Source: a virus (Duplodnaviria; Caudoviricetes). From it: a stretch of DNA of 64,000 nt. The stretch covers positions 1,891 to 65,890 of IMG/VR virus record IMGVR_UViG_3300025939_000001. One strand, 5' to 3'. A program made the translations under genes and the position numbers. Within the stretch, counting starts at the first letter, position 1. Each line of letters opens with the position of its first letter. Below the pieces are notes generated by a model. It ran no database searches. It had not been told where the DNA came from and saw nothing but the letters and a program-made list of their open reading frames with translations. Shown here one piece after another: positions 29,108 through 37,851 of this stretch.

Positions 29108-30167
29108 CTTTTATCACCTCGTCTCGATAGTAATACGCAAGCGGATCGCCTGCTGTGTAGAAATTCTTGAGCATGTCCTCAACACGGCTACCATCGTTGA
29201 AGAGTGGACAGACCATGCGATAATCGCAGTCCCACGTGCAGTTTGGATTCGGCGTGGGGTATGCGACCTGGTGGTGGTTTGCTCCATCGTCGAGGCGACC
29301 TTCGAGCTGTAGTACATCTTGAATCGTACCATACAGCTGGTGATAGAACGACTCGATCTGGAGTCGATTGTGCAGAATTTCTTGACGCTGATAGAAGGGC
29401 GGATTCGCCTTCGCCGTACGCTTGACACGTCGGATCATGTTGTAGATCGCACCACCAGATCGCTCACCCAGTTGGGTATTCGTCAGGATCTCGATCAGGT
29501 CGTACCAGAGCATTTGCTCGTCGATGGCAAGGAGCATAGTCTTGCTTGCAAAATCGGCGACAGTTTTGTGGTCCATGTATCTAAGAACACCATCACTACG
29601 TCGGCGCACTTTTGCATCCAACTTAGCAATGATGTACACAGGGACACCACCGCGTCCAGTAAGACCTGACATAACTGCGTCTTCGTAGCGTTCCGAGGCA
29701 AGTACTTCATAATCGGCGTCTGCTCCCGTCTCCTCGAGCCACTGAACATAACCGGAGACCATGGCTCTCTCCAGGTCATCATCTTTCTTCATCTTAAGCA
29801 ATATACCAGTCAGTCCTTCGTCGTCCTTGAAGGTGACTAGAACGGCTTCGGTGTCGGCCTTGATGAGGCTCTCGAGCGCAGCCTGCGGTTCAGTTCGTGC
29901 GGATCCGTCAGGTACGTACCACTGGGCAAGTGCGCGGTGAACTCGGTCTCCGATGGCTCGTGGTCCTGTAGGGCTTTCTCGAGCAAATCGAAGCCCACGA
30001 TACCAGGCGAGCCACCACTTGCGGCGGCATCGCTTGAACGTCGCGATTTCACTGTGAGAGATGAGTCGAGCGTCGTGGCGGAGCGTGATTTGCGTTGCAC
30101 GGTCTTGATAATGAGAAAACGGATTGAGCTCCGTTTGCGGTGTCGACCCTTCGCTCCCACTGGTCAC
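29097..30167 (-). CDS. Cas4/RecB-like PD-(D/E)xK exonuclease
   Basis: S.S.I.TFKRC.RKW, LD..V......DHKT, C.WDC.YRMVC. Confidence 0.85.
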   Translation of the reverse strand: MTSGSEGSTPQTELNPFSHYQDRATQITLRHDARLISHSEIATFKRCRRKWWLAWYRGLRFARESPTGPRAIGDRVHRALAQWYVPDGSARTEPQAALESLIKADTEAVLVTFKDDEGLTGILLKMKKDDDLERAMVSGYVQWLEETGADADYEVLASERYEDAVMSGLTGRGGVPVYIIAKLDAKVRRRSDGVLRYMDHKTVADFASKTMLLAIDEQMLWYDLIEILTNTQLGERSGGAIYNMIRRVKRTAKANPPFYQRQEILHNRLQIESFYHQLYGTIQDVLQLEGRLDDGANHHQVAYPTPNPNCTWDCDYRMVCPLFNDGSRVEDMLKNFYTAGDPLAYYYRDEVIKDDT

Positions 30168-32023
30168 TCCGGTTCCCCAAGAAATGAATTCATGATTTTG
30201 TTCTCTTCATCGTCCAGGTGCATGACTGTCTTGCCAGCAGCCAAGAGTGTTGCGCGATCACGGGTGATCTCTTCAAGACGCTTCTGCTTTTCATACAAGC
30301 GTAGAACCTGCGTCTCTTCCACCGTGTCAGCTGTGATGATGTCGATGATGTTGATCGACTGGTGGATCTCAGAGCCGATGCGGTGAACACGATCCTCACC
30401 CTGCATGTTGTCGATTAGTGACCACGACCGTTGCAGACGGATCATCGTGTCTGCCGCTGTCATCGTCAGTCCTGTGCCACCAGCTTTGAGGGTGAATAGC
30501 AGAACGCGAAGCTTTCCCGCTTGGAAATCCTCGAGCGCGCGCTGACGGTCGTAAGCATCCACTGCGCCTGTGATGAGACCGTGGCTGACATTGGCCTTAG
30601 TAAGTCGCGCAGCGGCGAGCTCAATGATCTTACGTTGCTCGGCGGCGACCACAACTGGACGGTCACCAAGTTCATCAAGGACGACCATGAGTTCGTCGAT
30701 CTTTGGAGATGGCTCGGCGAGAAGAACAGTCCAGTCGCGGGGATCATCTGACCCGTTGTAATCCACGGTGCAGTACGAAGATGCCAGCTGCAACAGTCGA
30801 ATCTGAGCAGTGAGATCGGACTTAGCCACCAGGATAGTTCCGTCATCGAGACGGGTAAGAAGACGGCTTTGGACTTCATCATACGCCTTTTTCTGCTTTG
30901 GAGTCATTTCAACGAGGCGAGTCTGACGGATCTTTGGCGGCAACTGCGTGAGAACAAGTGCCTTAGGCATCCGACGAAACCGCGGATCGAAGATCTTGAA
31001 GAACTCTTCCTTCGTCGTTGGGTTGATGCCTACGACGTCGAGTCCTCCGTGACTGTTCCACGCTTGGAGGCAGTAGCGGTCGACGAACTTGGACTTCGTC
31101 GGATATTCATTCGGTGCGACGAAATGCATGATCGACCAGAGATCGGAAGGGTCGTTCGCCAGTGGAGTCCCCGTGAGGGCCCAACGGCGAGCCACCGTGG
31201 ATCCCGACCCAAGCGCCCATGTTGCTCGAGTCTGTTTCGCCTTAGGATCCTTGATACGGTGCGCCTCATCAACGACCACCGTGCGGAATGTGATCTGGTT
31301 GAGCGGTCGTGGATGGACTTCACACGCCGCTGGCTTGATGTCGAGGCCATATTGCTTATCGCATTCCTTGCACCGGATGAGGCGGATTGAGCCATAGCCA
31401 GCGAGCCTGCTGAGCCTGAACGTCGACTCGAAGTTGGTAACCACAAGCGCAGTCGGATCCTGTGCAGCGGCGGCTATCAACTTTGCCTTGACGGAAGCTG
31501 ACCCAGTGAGCACGTACGGAGTGGCCATCGGCAACCACGTCGCTGCCTCCTTCGCCCAGTTCATCTTCACGGAGTTCGGAGCGATCACAAGCGCTGGCAG
31601 TGAGTCTTCACCGATCTGTCGCATCGCGGTGAGAACTTGAATGGTCTTGCCTGTACCCATCTCGTCACCGAGAAGACCAGAGCCAGCGGTGAGAAGCCAT
31701 GCAACGCCCATGGTCTGAAACGGGTAAAGACGTGGATCGAAGTGGAATGCGCCATCGTTGTCTTCAAAACGCGAACGAAGCGCGAGAGACAGCTTCACAC
31801 GATGATTGAACTGGTCCCAAATCCACTGGGTGAGCTGCGGTCCTACCTCAAGATGATCACCGAACGAGCCCTTAAGCTGTGAACATGCGGGCATCGTCAG
31901 TGGGATAGTCCATTCCTTGTCTGTGGCGTTCCACCGCGAACCAGGGATGGCCTTCACAAGTTCTTTCTCGTTCCAGGACGTCGCAACGACAATGCGATCG
32001 TCCTTCAATTCAACCACAGGCAT
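30164..32023 (-). CDS. SNF2-family helicase
   Basis: GDEMGTGKT, DEAH, LTGTP..N, GGTGLT, QGEDRVHRIG. Confidence 0.92.
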   Translation of the reverse strand: MPVVELKDDRIVVATSWNEKELVKAIPGSRWNATDKEWTIPLTMPACSQLKGSFGDHLEVGPQLTQWIWDQFNHRVKLSLALRSRFEDNDGAFHFDPRLYPFQTMGVAWLLTAGSGLLGDEMGTGKTIQVLTAMRQIGEDSLPALVIAPNSVKMNWAKEAATWLPMATPYVLTGSASVKAKLIAAAAQDPTALVVTNFESTFRLSRLAGYGSIRLIRCKECDKQYGLDIKPAACEVHPRPLNQITFRTVVVDEAHRIKDPKAKQTRATWALGSGSTVARRWALTGTPLANDPSDLWSIMHFVAPNEYPTKSKFVDRYCLQAWNSHGGLDVVGINPTTKEEFFKIFDPRFRRMPKALVLTQLPPKIRQTRLVEMTPKQKKAYDEVQSRLLTRLDDGTILVAKSDLTAQIRLLQLASSYCTVDYNGSDDPRDWTVLLAEPSPKIDELMVVLDELGDRPVVVAAEQRKIIELAAARLTKANVSHGLITGAVDAYDRQRALEDFQAGKLRVLLFTLKAGGTGLTMTAADTMIRLQRSWSLIDNMQGEDRVHRIGSEIHQSINIIDIITADTVEETQVLRLYEKQKRLEEITRDRATLLAAGKTVMHLDDEENKIMNSFLGEPE

Positions 32024-32065
32024 TCGTCTTACGTCCCTTCATCCTCGATCAGTAGTTTGATTGTA

Positions 32066-32608
32066 TCACGAGGTTAGCTGCAACCACAGGTCAGGTCGAG
32101 TGGAAAATAGCATGAAACCTGCGTGGCGTGCGGCATCGTTGGCGTGACCGTCTTTCGTCTTCTTGTACCATCCGAGCTTCCGCAGCACAGCATCAGTCAC
32201 AAGCTTCTTGACCTCAGCGCGGGGTTGTAGCACAAATGTTACGTCACGCTGTGAAGAGAGCCAGTCTAGGGCTCCATTGCACATGATGGCATCCAACTGC
32301 GCGGTCACGACAGAGCGCCCAGTGGGGATCGTGTACCGCTCTGAGCCAATCCGAACACGCGATGCCTCCGGTGGTCGGCACCAACGCTCTGCATACGACA
32401 CTACGTCGTGCCACGGCATCTCACTGGACGACAGGTTCGCACTCCACCCTACCTCCAACGTGGAGATGGTTAGTACGGCGATGCCGGCCATCAGACCTGG
32501 GTCCACGCCGATGCAGTGTAGTTGCTCAACCGGTCCAGTCAATCTTGGCGCCCCAGCGATCACCAGTGGCGATGCCAGCGGTGATGGGGACAGAGAGGAG
32601 CTTGTCAT
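32066..32608 (-). CDS. RuvC-like Holliday junction resolvase
   Basis: IGVDPG, SERY and HANDAARH motifs. Confidence 0.7.
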   Translation of the reverse strand: MTSSSLSPSPLASPLVIAGAPRLTGPVEQLHCIGVDPGLMAGIAVLTISTLEVGWSANLSSSEMPWHDVVSYAERWCRPPEASRVRIGSERYTIPTGRSVVTAQLDAIMCNGALDWLSSQRDVTFVLQPRAEVKKLVTDAVLRKLGWYKKTKDGHANDAARHAGFMLFSTRPDLWLQLTS

Positions 32609-34316
32609 CGTTCATCACGTCTTTCAGTGTTGTGAGGACATCGGAGAGGTTCTCGTTCGGTACATCCATGATGACCTCATCGTGCACAGGTAGGATCATG
32701 AACTTCTCGAGGCCGGCGTTGGAGAGCTCGACGAGCTTCATCTTGAACATCTCTGCCGCCAGCCCCTGAACAAGATAATTGACAAGAGCATATTCCTTTC
32801 CTGAGTCGCTCGGATGGCGTCGGTTAGTAAGAGGCGACCGAACATATCCGACTCCCTCGGTCGCTTTACGCTCCAACGCAACGCGCTGAACTCGATTCTG
32901 GAAAGCTCGTACCCCAGGGAACGACGCGTCGAACGCATGCATTGCAGCGGCCGCCTGCTCTTCGCTGATTCGAGCAGTGAGGGCCAACTTCGCGATCCCC
33001 GCCCCGTAAATCTTGCCGTAACCCACGTTCTTGACGACCTGACGACGAGGATCCTTCTTGGACTCGATCGATGGATCATTGAACACGCTCCTTGCGAGCA
33101 CGATGAAGAAGTCATCCGGTGCGAGGAATGCCGCACGAAGTCCGAGATCCTGCGACATATGCGCCAGACCACGCATCTCGATCTGGTCGAAGTCACAGAA
33201 GACCATGCGGCCGTCGTCACCGTAGCGGGTGGTGTAGCAGTTCCGTACAGTAGTTGCCGCAGAATTCTTTTCTGATGCTCTGGGGAGGTTCTGGAGGTTC
33301 GGACCGCTCATCGACATCCGACTGGTCCGAGCACCCAGTGGGTTGATGGACGGATGCATCAGGTCGTTGGCGTCTGCGTCACCAACGATGTGCGAGAGAT
33401 AGGTTGATCCCACCTTTTGCAGTTTGCGGCGGGAAAGCACAGCTGCCGCGAGTGGATGATCGATGGAGGCCAATACATCCGCATCCAATGCGTCGGCGCC
33501 GGATTTCGTCCGCTTGACGAAGTCGAATCCTTCCGCTTTCAGTACGTCGATGATCGCCTGGTTTGACCCCGGACTGACGCTGTACTTCTCCTGCACCCAC
33601 TGGGCAACCTCCTTGCAGTATTGCTCATACTTTGTGAGATACTCTGCGGCGTAAGCACGATCGACGTGTGCGCCGTTGATCTCCATCTGTCGAACTACCC
33701 ACGCGGCGCCAAGCTCAACTTCATATGCTCGCTGGGATCCGTCTCGTTCGAGCTGCTCCTTGAGGTACTGATACAGACGAAGTGTGATGACCGGGTCGAG
33801 CGCGCCGTATGTCCAGTACGGCTGGTACTCAATCGGCACCGTGGCCCATGTCCAACCGCCCTTAGAACCGATCGACTCATCGAGCGTGTCCTGCATCGCC
33901 TTCGCTCGAGGGTCAACATGCTTCGCAGCGAGGTTCTTGAGCGCCGTGGAGTACGTTGGGTCGAGAATATGCGCAATAGGACGAGTGTCGTGCAACCGAT
34001 CACGAGGTATAGATACCCCAACGCGGTCCAGAAATGTCCAGTCAAAGCTAACGAAGTTGTGACCGACATACCATCCCTTGTACTTTCGCACGACCTCACG
34101 GACGACGCCTCCCCAGTCCTCCCAGGGGATGGCCCAACCGTTGTCTGCATCGCCGATCTGGACGAGACGAACACGATCGTTCCACTTGTCGAGACCGCTG
34201 GACTCGATGTCGATTCCGATGGTGTCTTCCCAGCGGGTTTGACCGAGCCACTCCATGAGAGCGAACGCCTCATCGACCGAATCGACGAGCCGAAGCTTTA
34301 CGTTATCCAGTGACAT
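32526..34316 (-). CDS. polA: DNA polymerase, family A (3'-5' exonuclease + polymerase)
   Basis: DIESSGL exonuclease motif, motif A DFDQIEMR, motif B KNVGYGKIYG (Tyr at the 762-equivalent position), motif C VHDE. Confidence 0.95.
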   Translation of the reverse strand: MSLDNVKLRLVDSVDEAFALMEWLGQTRWEDTIGIDIESSGLDKWNDRVRLVQIGDADNGWAIPWEDWGGVVREVVRKYKGWYVGHNFVSFDWTFLDRVGVSIPRDRLHDTRPIAHILDPTYSTALKNLAAKHVDPRAKAMQDTLDESIGSKGGWTWATVPIEYQPYWTYGALDPVITLRLYQYLKEQLERDGSQRAYEVELGAAWVVRQMEINGAHVDRAYAAEYLTKYEQYCKEVAQWVQEKYSVSPGSNQAIIDVLKAEGFDFVKRTKSGADALDADVLASIDHPLAAAVLSRRKLQKVGSTYLSHIVGDADANDLMHPSINPLGARTSRMSMSGPNLQNLPRASEKNSAATTVRNCYTTRYGDDGRMVFCDFDQIEMRGLAHMSQDLGLRAAFLAPDDFFIVLARSVFNDPSIESKKDPRRQVVKNVGYGKIYGAGIAKLALTARISEEQAAAAMHAFDASFPGVRAFQNRVQRVALERKATEGVGYVRSPLTNRRHPSDSGKEYALVNYLVQGLAAEMFKMKLVELSNAGLEKFMILPVHDEVIMDVPNENLSDVLTTLKDVMNDDKLLSVPITAGIATGDRWGAKIDWTG

Positions 34317-34932
34317 CTGTGATTACCGTGATCCCACATCGCTCGAGGAATGAGTATGACTTGTCGAGATTCCGGTGCGTGATGTTGACGTTTTTCCACT
34401 GGTGATCCACGACAACCATCGCAAGACCAGAGTTCGCGATGAGCTTTGCGCAACCAAAGCATACGCCGCTTGTTACGTAGATCGTACCACCTTCGCGGGC
34501 ACTTCGATCACCTCGCATGAGCGCATTTGCCTCAGCGTGCAGAGACGGGCAATCGGAGTAATCCTTCTCCAGCTCGAAGATCGGTTCAAAACCCATCTTC
34601 TTCATATTCTCATCCGATGCGAGAACGCGTTTACTGCTTGGTGCAACAACGTAGATCCTGCCGCTCACCGTTTCCATTGATAGATCTGGTGAACCAGCCG
34701 TCGTACGCCAGCCAGTAGGCTCCGGATTCGCTCTGAGGCACCATTCGGTACATGGCTGTAGATCTGTCTGGAACCCACTGGGTGGACCGTTGTAGCCCGT
34801 CTCGAGGAGGCGGTTTGTTGCACTGACAACCACCGCGCCGACCTGGTCACGAGAACAAAGCGAGCGCCGCGCGACGGTGCGCGCGACGCTCAGCCATGTC
34901 TCATCCCAGCTAGGCCGCGGTGCCGCGTCCAT
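34303..34932 (-). CDS. dCMP deaminase-like protein
   Basis: C.R.QVGAV, GYNG, HAEANAL and C..CAK Zn-binding motifs. Confidence 0.85.
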   Translation of the reverse strand: MDAAPRPSWDETWLSVARTVARRSLCSRDQVGAVVVSATNRLLETGYNGPPSGFQTDLQPCTEWCLRANPEPTGWRTTAGSPDLSMETVSGRIYVVAPSSKRVLASDENMKKMGFEPIFELEKDYSDCPSLHAEANALMRGDRSAREGGTIYVTSGVCFGCAKLIANSGLAMVVVDHQWKNVNITHRNLDKSYSFLERCGITVITDVTG

Positions 34933-35779
34933 GGAGCTGGTCACGGTACCACACCTCCGATGCTGTTTCGTTTTCGAAAGACTCGTTACGAAGAATCATA
35001 TGAGCACGATCCATGATCGTGCCAAACGAATCGCCGACACGACCGAAGCCATCCGGCTGCCACTTTGAGTGATACGCCTCGGTGACTTCAGCCATCTTGA
35101 TGTTATACAGCTCAAGCATGGCTTGTGCGGCGAGCTGATCACGTGTGTAAAGATGTAGTGACAGTGCGGTGTGACGGTAGATCCCAGGTGTCGTGTTCAT
35201 TGCCCGTGCCATGCTCGCCTGGAGCTGGGTGAATTGGAAGACGTCGTAGGGCAGCCCGAGCCAGACGTCGTTGCTTCGCATGATGACGTTCATATCCAGC
35301 AGTCCATCTCGAATAGAGAACTGCAGCGCGATCGTACACGGGTAGTCCTTCTTACCCTTGACGTTGTCCATCCACGGATCCCACAACGTAACGATCGCCT
35401 GGCGAGTGTCCAGATCAGTCATCAGCTTGTTGATCGCGTTGTACGCTTGGAGCTTGATGCGTTCGCCGTACGCTCCCCAGAAGAACGGGTCGCCGTGTTC
35501 CTTGTCCAGATACCGTCCGAACTGCGGGGCGACCTTGAGGACGAGATTAGGATCGGAAACTGCGGCGACAAGCTGCGCCGCCTCCACCGCTCCGATCGCT
35601 GGCTTGAGGTTTCGACCAAGACCAAGTGGAAGACCCCCACGCTGATTGAGCAGTACGATGGACATGAAGCCCAGGTCGAGCGTCTCCTGACCCCGCGGGG
35701 CCCGCCGCTCTCCATACTGGAGAACGCGGCGGAGCACCAGGGGGTACTGCCCCATGTCGTGCAGTACCATTTCAGACAT
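34910..35779 (-). CDS. Thymidylate synthase homologue, predicted dCMP hydroxymethylase/modifier
   Basis: PRG, YG.R, DTRQA, catalytic YPCT, RSND..LGLPYD, SLHLY. Asp replaces the dUMP-specifying Asn. Confidence 0.8.
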   Translation of the reverse strand: MSEMVLHDMGQYPLVLRRVLQYGERRAPRGQETLDLGFMSIVLLNQRGGLPLGLGRNLKPAIGAVEAAQLVAAVSDPNLVLKVAPQFGRYLDKEHGDPFFWGAYGERIKLQAYNAINKLMTDLDTRQAIVTLWDPWMDNVKGKKDYPCTIALQFSIRDGLLDMNVIMRSNDVWLGLPYDVFQFTQLQASMARAMNTTPGIYRHTALSLHLYTRDQLAAQAMLELYNIKMAEVTEAYHSKWQPDGFGRVGDSFGTIMDRAHMILRNESFENETASEVWYRDQLHGRGTAA

Positions 35780-35780
35780 A

Positions 35781-36290
35781 TCAGAAGACCTGCTTAAGTG
35801 CGCGTGCCTGCCACACAGTTGCGTCACCCTGGGAGAGCCATGCGACGAACTGTTCCCAGGTGAAGCCGCGTGCGGTGTCACTGCCGTTCGTGTTGGCGTT
35901 GACGAGTCGACCGGTGAGGTAGAACTTGCCAGCGACCTTGACGACGCCATAGGCGAACGAGCGGCGGCTACCCGTACGGTACCGCATGTCCACCTTCAGC
36001 ACATCGCCGTTCTTGAACGGATCGGCACCGTACTTCTCTCGCTCCGCGACGATCTTCTCGAGGCGGTCAGCCTCGGCGCGCAGCTCTTCTGCCTGCGTGA
36101 GGATGTCCTGATCATTCTGCACTGCTGTCTCCTTCGTCGGGAACTGGATTCCGCCTCGAGTGACGCGGATCTCTGGCATCATACGGTAGTGCTCTCGTGG
36201 AATTGCCGCGCCAAGAGCACGGTGATCGGTTGTAGGTGGAAAGATGTTGTTCGTCACACCATAAATGTCTGCTTCGAACTCGTCATACAT
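35781..36290 (-). CDS. Hypothetical protein
   Basis: TGATG coupling. Coiled coil followed by a small beta domain. Confidence 0.65.
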   Translation of the reverse strand: MYDEFEADIYGVTNNIFPPTTDHRALGAAIPREHYRMMPEIRVTRGGIQFPTKETAVQNDQDILTQAEELRAEADRLEKIVAEREKYGADPFKNGDVLKVDMRYRTGSRRSFAYGVVKVAGKFYLTGRLVNANTNGSDTARGFTWEQFVAWLSQGDATVWQARALKQVF

Positions 36291-37183
36291 CAGCTCATTG
36301 CCTCCTTGATGATCTCGCCGTACGACTCCATCGCAGTGTAGGCAAATCGCCGCATCCACTGCGGGTGTTTGGCGTCGGTAGCGATGGTAGGCCAGTCACC
36401 ACCATGTGCGTAGTTCCACTGTCGCCGTGCGTTGACACCAAGTGTGACGATCGGTGGCTTACCGAGTCCCCACCACTGATCAAAGACAATGCCAGGATCG
36501 GTTTCACAGGCGTTCATGATACCGACCTTCATGTGGTCAACACCAGCAGCGTGCATTGCTCCCATGAGCCAGTGACCACTCGAGGCACGCTCTGGCACAA
36601 ACGGGAACATGAATCGACGATCGTTTCGCTGGTCACCGAGCAGAAGCACCTCGGGATTTGCAGGACCAATATATCGTCCAGCACGTGCCGCATGCATCGG
36701 TGCATCGGCTCGATCAAAGATCTTATCTGATGTCCGTTCAACCCAGTGGGGACGGGTCTTAAAGATCGTCTCATATCCATCAAAGATGGTTTTGAGATCA
36801 TCTCGCTTAATCAACGTGTCACCACGAAGATCGTAGCGCTGCTCAAGGACCTCGAGCGGAGCCTTGACATACTCGAACGAGCAGCCGAAGGTCTGCAACA
36901 CCATGTCGATGTAATCCGCCTGCTGCTCCGTCAGGAGACTTTTATCGCGGAGTAGAGGACCATACACCAGCTCACCCATATGCCAGCGATCCAGCACGAG
37001 ATGCGTGGACGTCGTTGTCAGCAGATAAAGACGATCGTTGATCGGACCGAGATACTGATCAAGAATTGAGCCAGCGCGTGGTGGACCCTTACGAAGGAGA
37101 GCACGTGGCGGCCTACCGGTCATCAGTCGCTGGGCGATTGATGTCTTACCGGCGAGATCTGGTCCCTCGAGAACCGTGATCAC
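36290..37183 (-). CDS. dNMP kinase fused to a UDG-like domain
   Basis: EGPDLAGKTS and LDRW..GE.VYGP kinase motifs. C-terminal VLLLGD...PF....SG..L...N...IVTLG..A...HP pattern. Confidence 0.75.
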   Translation of the reverse strand: MITVLEGPDLAGKTSIAQRLMTGRPPRALLRKGPPRAGSILDQYLGPINDRLYLLTTTSTHLVLDRWHMGELVYGPLLRDKSLLTEQQADYIDMVLQTFGCSFEYVKAPLEVLEQRYDLRGDTLIKRDDLKTIFDGYETIFKTRPHWVERTSDKIFDRADAPMHAARAGRYIGPANPEVLLLGDQRNDRRFMFPFVPERASSGHWLMGAMHAAGVDHMKVGIMNACETDPGIVFDQWWGLGKPPIVTLGVNARRQWNYAHGGDWPTIATDAKHPQWMRRFAYTAMESYGEIIKEAMS

Positions 37184-37298
37184 TTCGTCTCCTTCGTCGG
37201 TCTTTTATCGTGTAGATGAACTGGATCGTCATAGCGGTGAAGAATCCGACGATCGCCGAAACGATCAAAAGCAAGATGAGAAATCCACCGCCTACCAA
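37146..37298 (-). CDS. Small membrane protein
   Basis: Hydrophobic stretch FLILLLIVSAIVGFFTAMTIQFIY. TTG start overlaps the upstream stop. Confidence 0.4.
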   Translation of the reverse strand: MVGGGFLILLLIVSAIVGFFTAMTIQFIYTIKDRRRRRSDHGSRGTRSRR

Positions 37299-37771
37299 GA
37301 CTGTACCAAACCGTTCGTCATGTATCCTCGCACGATACGAGTGGTGAGCTGGTCCTTCGGCTTGCGAGCGAAGAGGTATTCCGCCGTGGGCGTCTCGAGG
37401 ATGGCGATGCGAACATTGCCCAGTGGGGGCATCCAGTCGCTGGGAACAGGAAGATGGCGAACGGGCGAGTCGGCACCGCGACGACCGTACGACTCCCACG
37501 TCTCGATGGTGCCGTCGAGAATGATGGTGCTGTCATCCTCGTCAACGGTGTTGTCATCACGGTACCGACGCGGCTTGTACTCGGCAGTTAGAACACCCTC
37601 TGAGTGCGAGATCTGCTCTGGCTGGATAGACCAGTAGGTATCTGGTCCAGAGTGTCTACGGACGAGCTGAGGGCTTGGTTTACCGGTGATCAGGAGACCG
37701 ATCCCTACCAGCACGAGCGCGGCAAGCAAGCTGGTTGGAATGGCAACGACCATCGCAATGGTGTCGGACAT
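37292..37771 (-). CDS. N-terminally membrane-anchored hypothetical protein
   Basis: GGAGG RBS and an N-terminal TM segment. Confidence 0.65.
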   Translation of the reverse strand: MSDTIAMVVAIPTSLLAALVLVGIGLLITGKPSPQLVRRHSGPDTYWSIQPEQISHSEGVLTAEYKPRRYRDDNTVDEDDSTIILDGTIETWESYGRRGADSPVRHLPVPSDWMPPLGNVRIAILETPTAEYLFARKPKDQLTTRIVRGYMTNGLVQSW

Positions 37772-37798
37772 GTCTTCCTCCACTGGGTAACTGCTGAA

Positions 37799-37845
37799 GC
37801 TCCCCCGCCGGGATTCGAACCCGGCACTTGCGCCGATCGGGGGAG
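37799..37845 (-). ncRNA. Mini tRNA-like element (acceptor stem + T-arm, no anticodon arm)
   Basis: CTCCCCC/GGGGGAG 7-bp acceptor and GCCGGG-TTCGAAT-CCCGGC T-arm, joined by only 13 nt. Confidence 0.65.
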
Positions 37846-37851
37846 ATCTTG

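Noticed and set aside
29097-30167. Cas4-like gene as evidence of a CRISPR system
   Set aside because: No repeat-spacer array or other cas genes. It sits in a Sak4/SSB recombination module.
34303-37183. hmU-type (SPO1-like) thymine replacement
   Set aside because: Deaminase plus kinase would fit, but the synthase has the Asp specificity residue and a BGT-like transferase is present, which favours cytosine modification. Not fully excluded.
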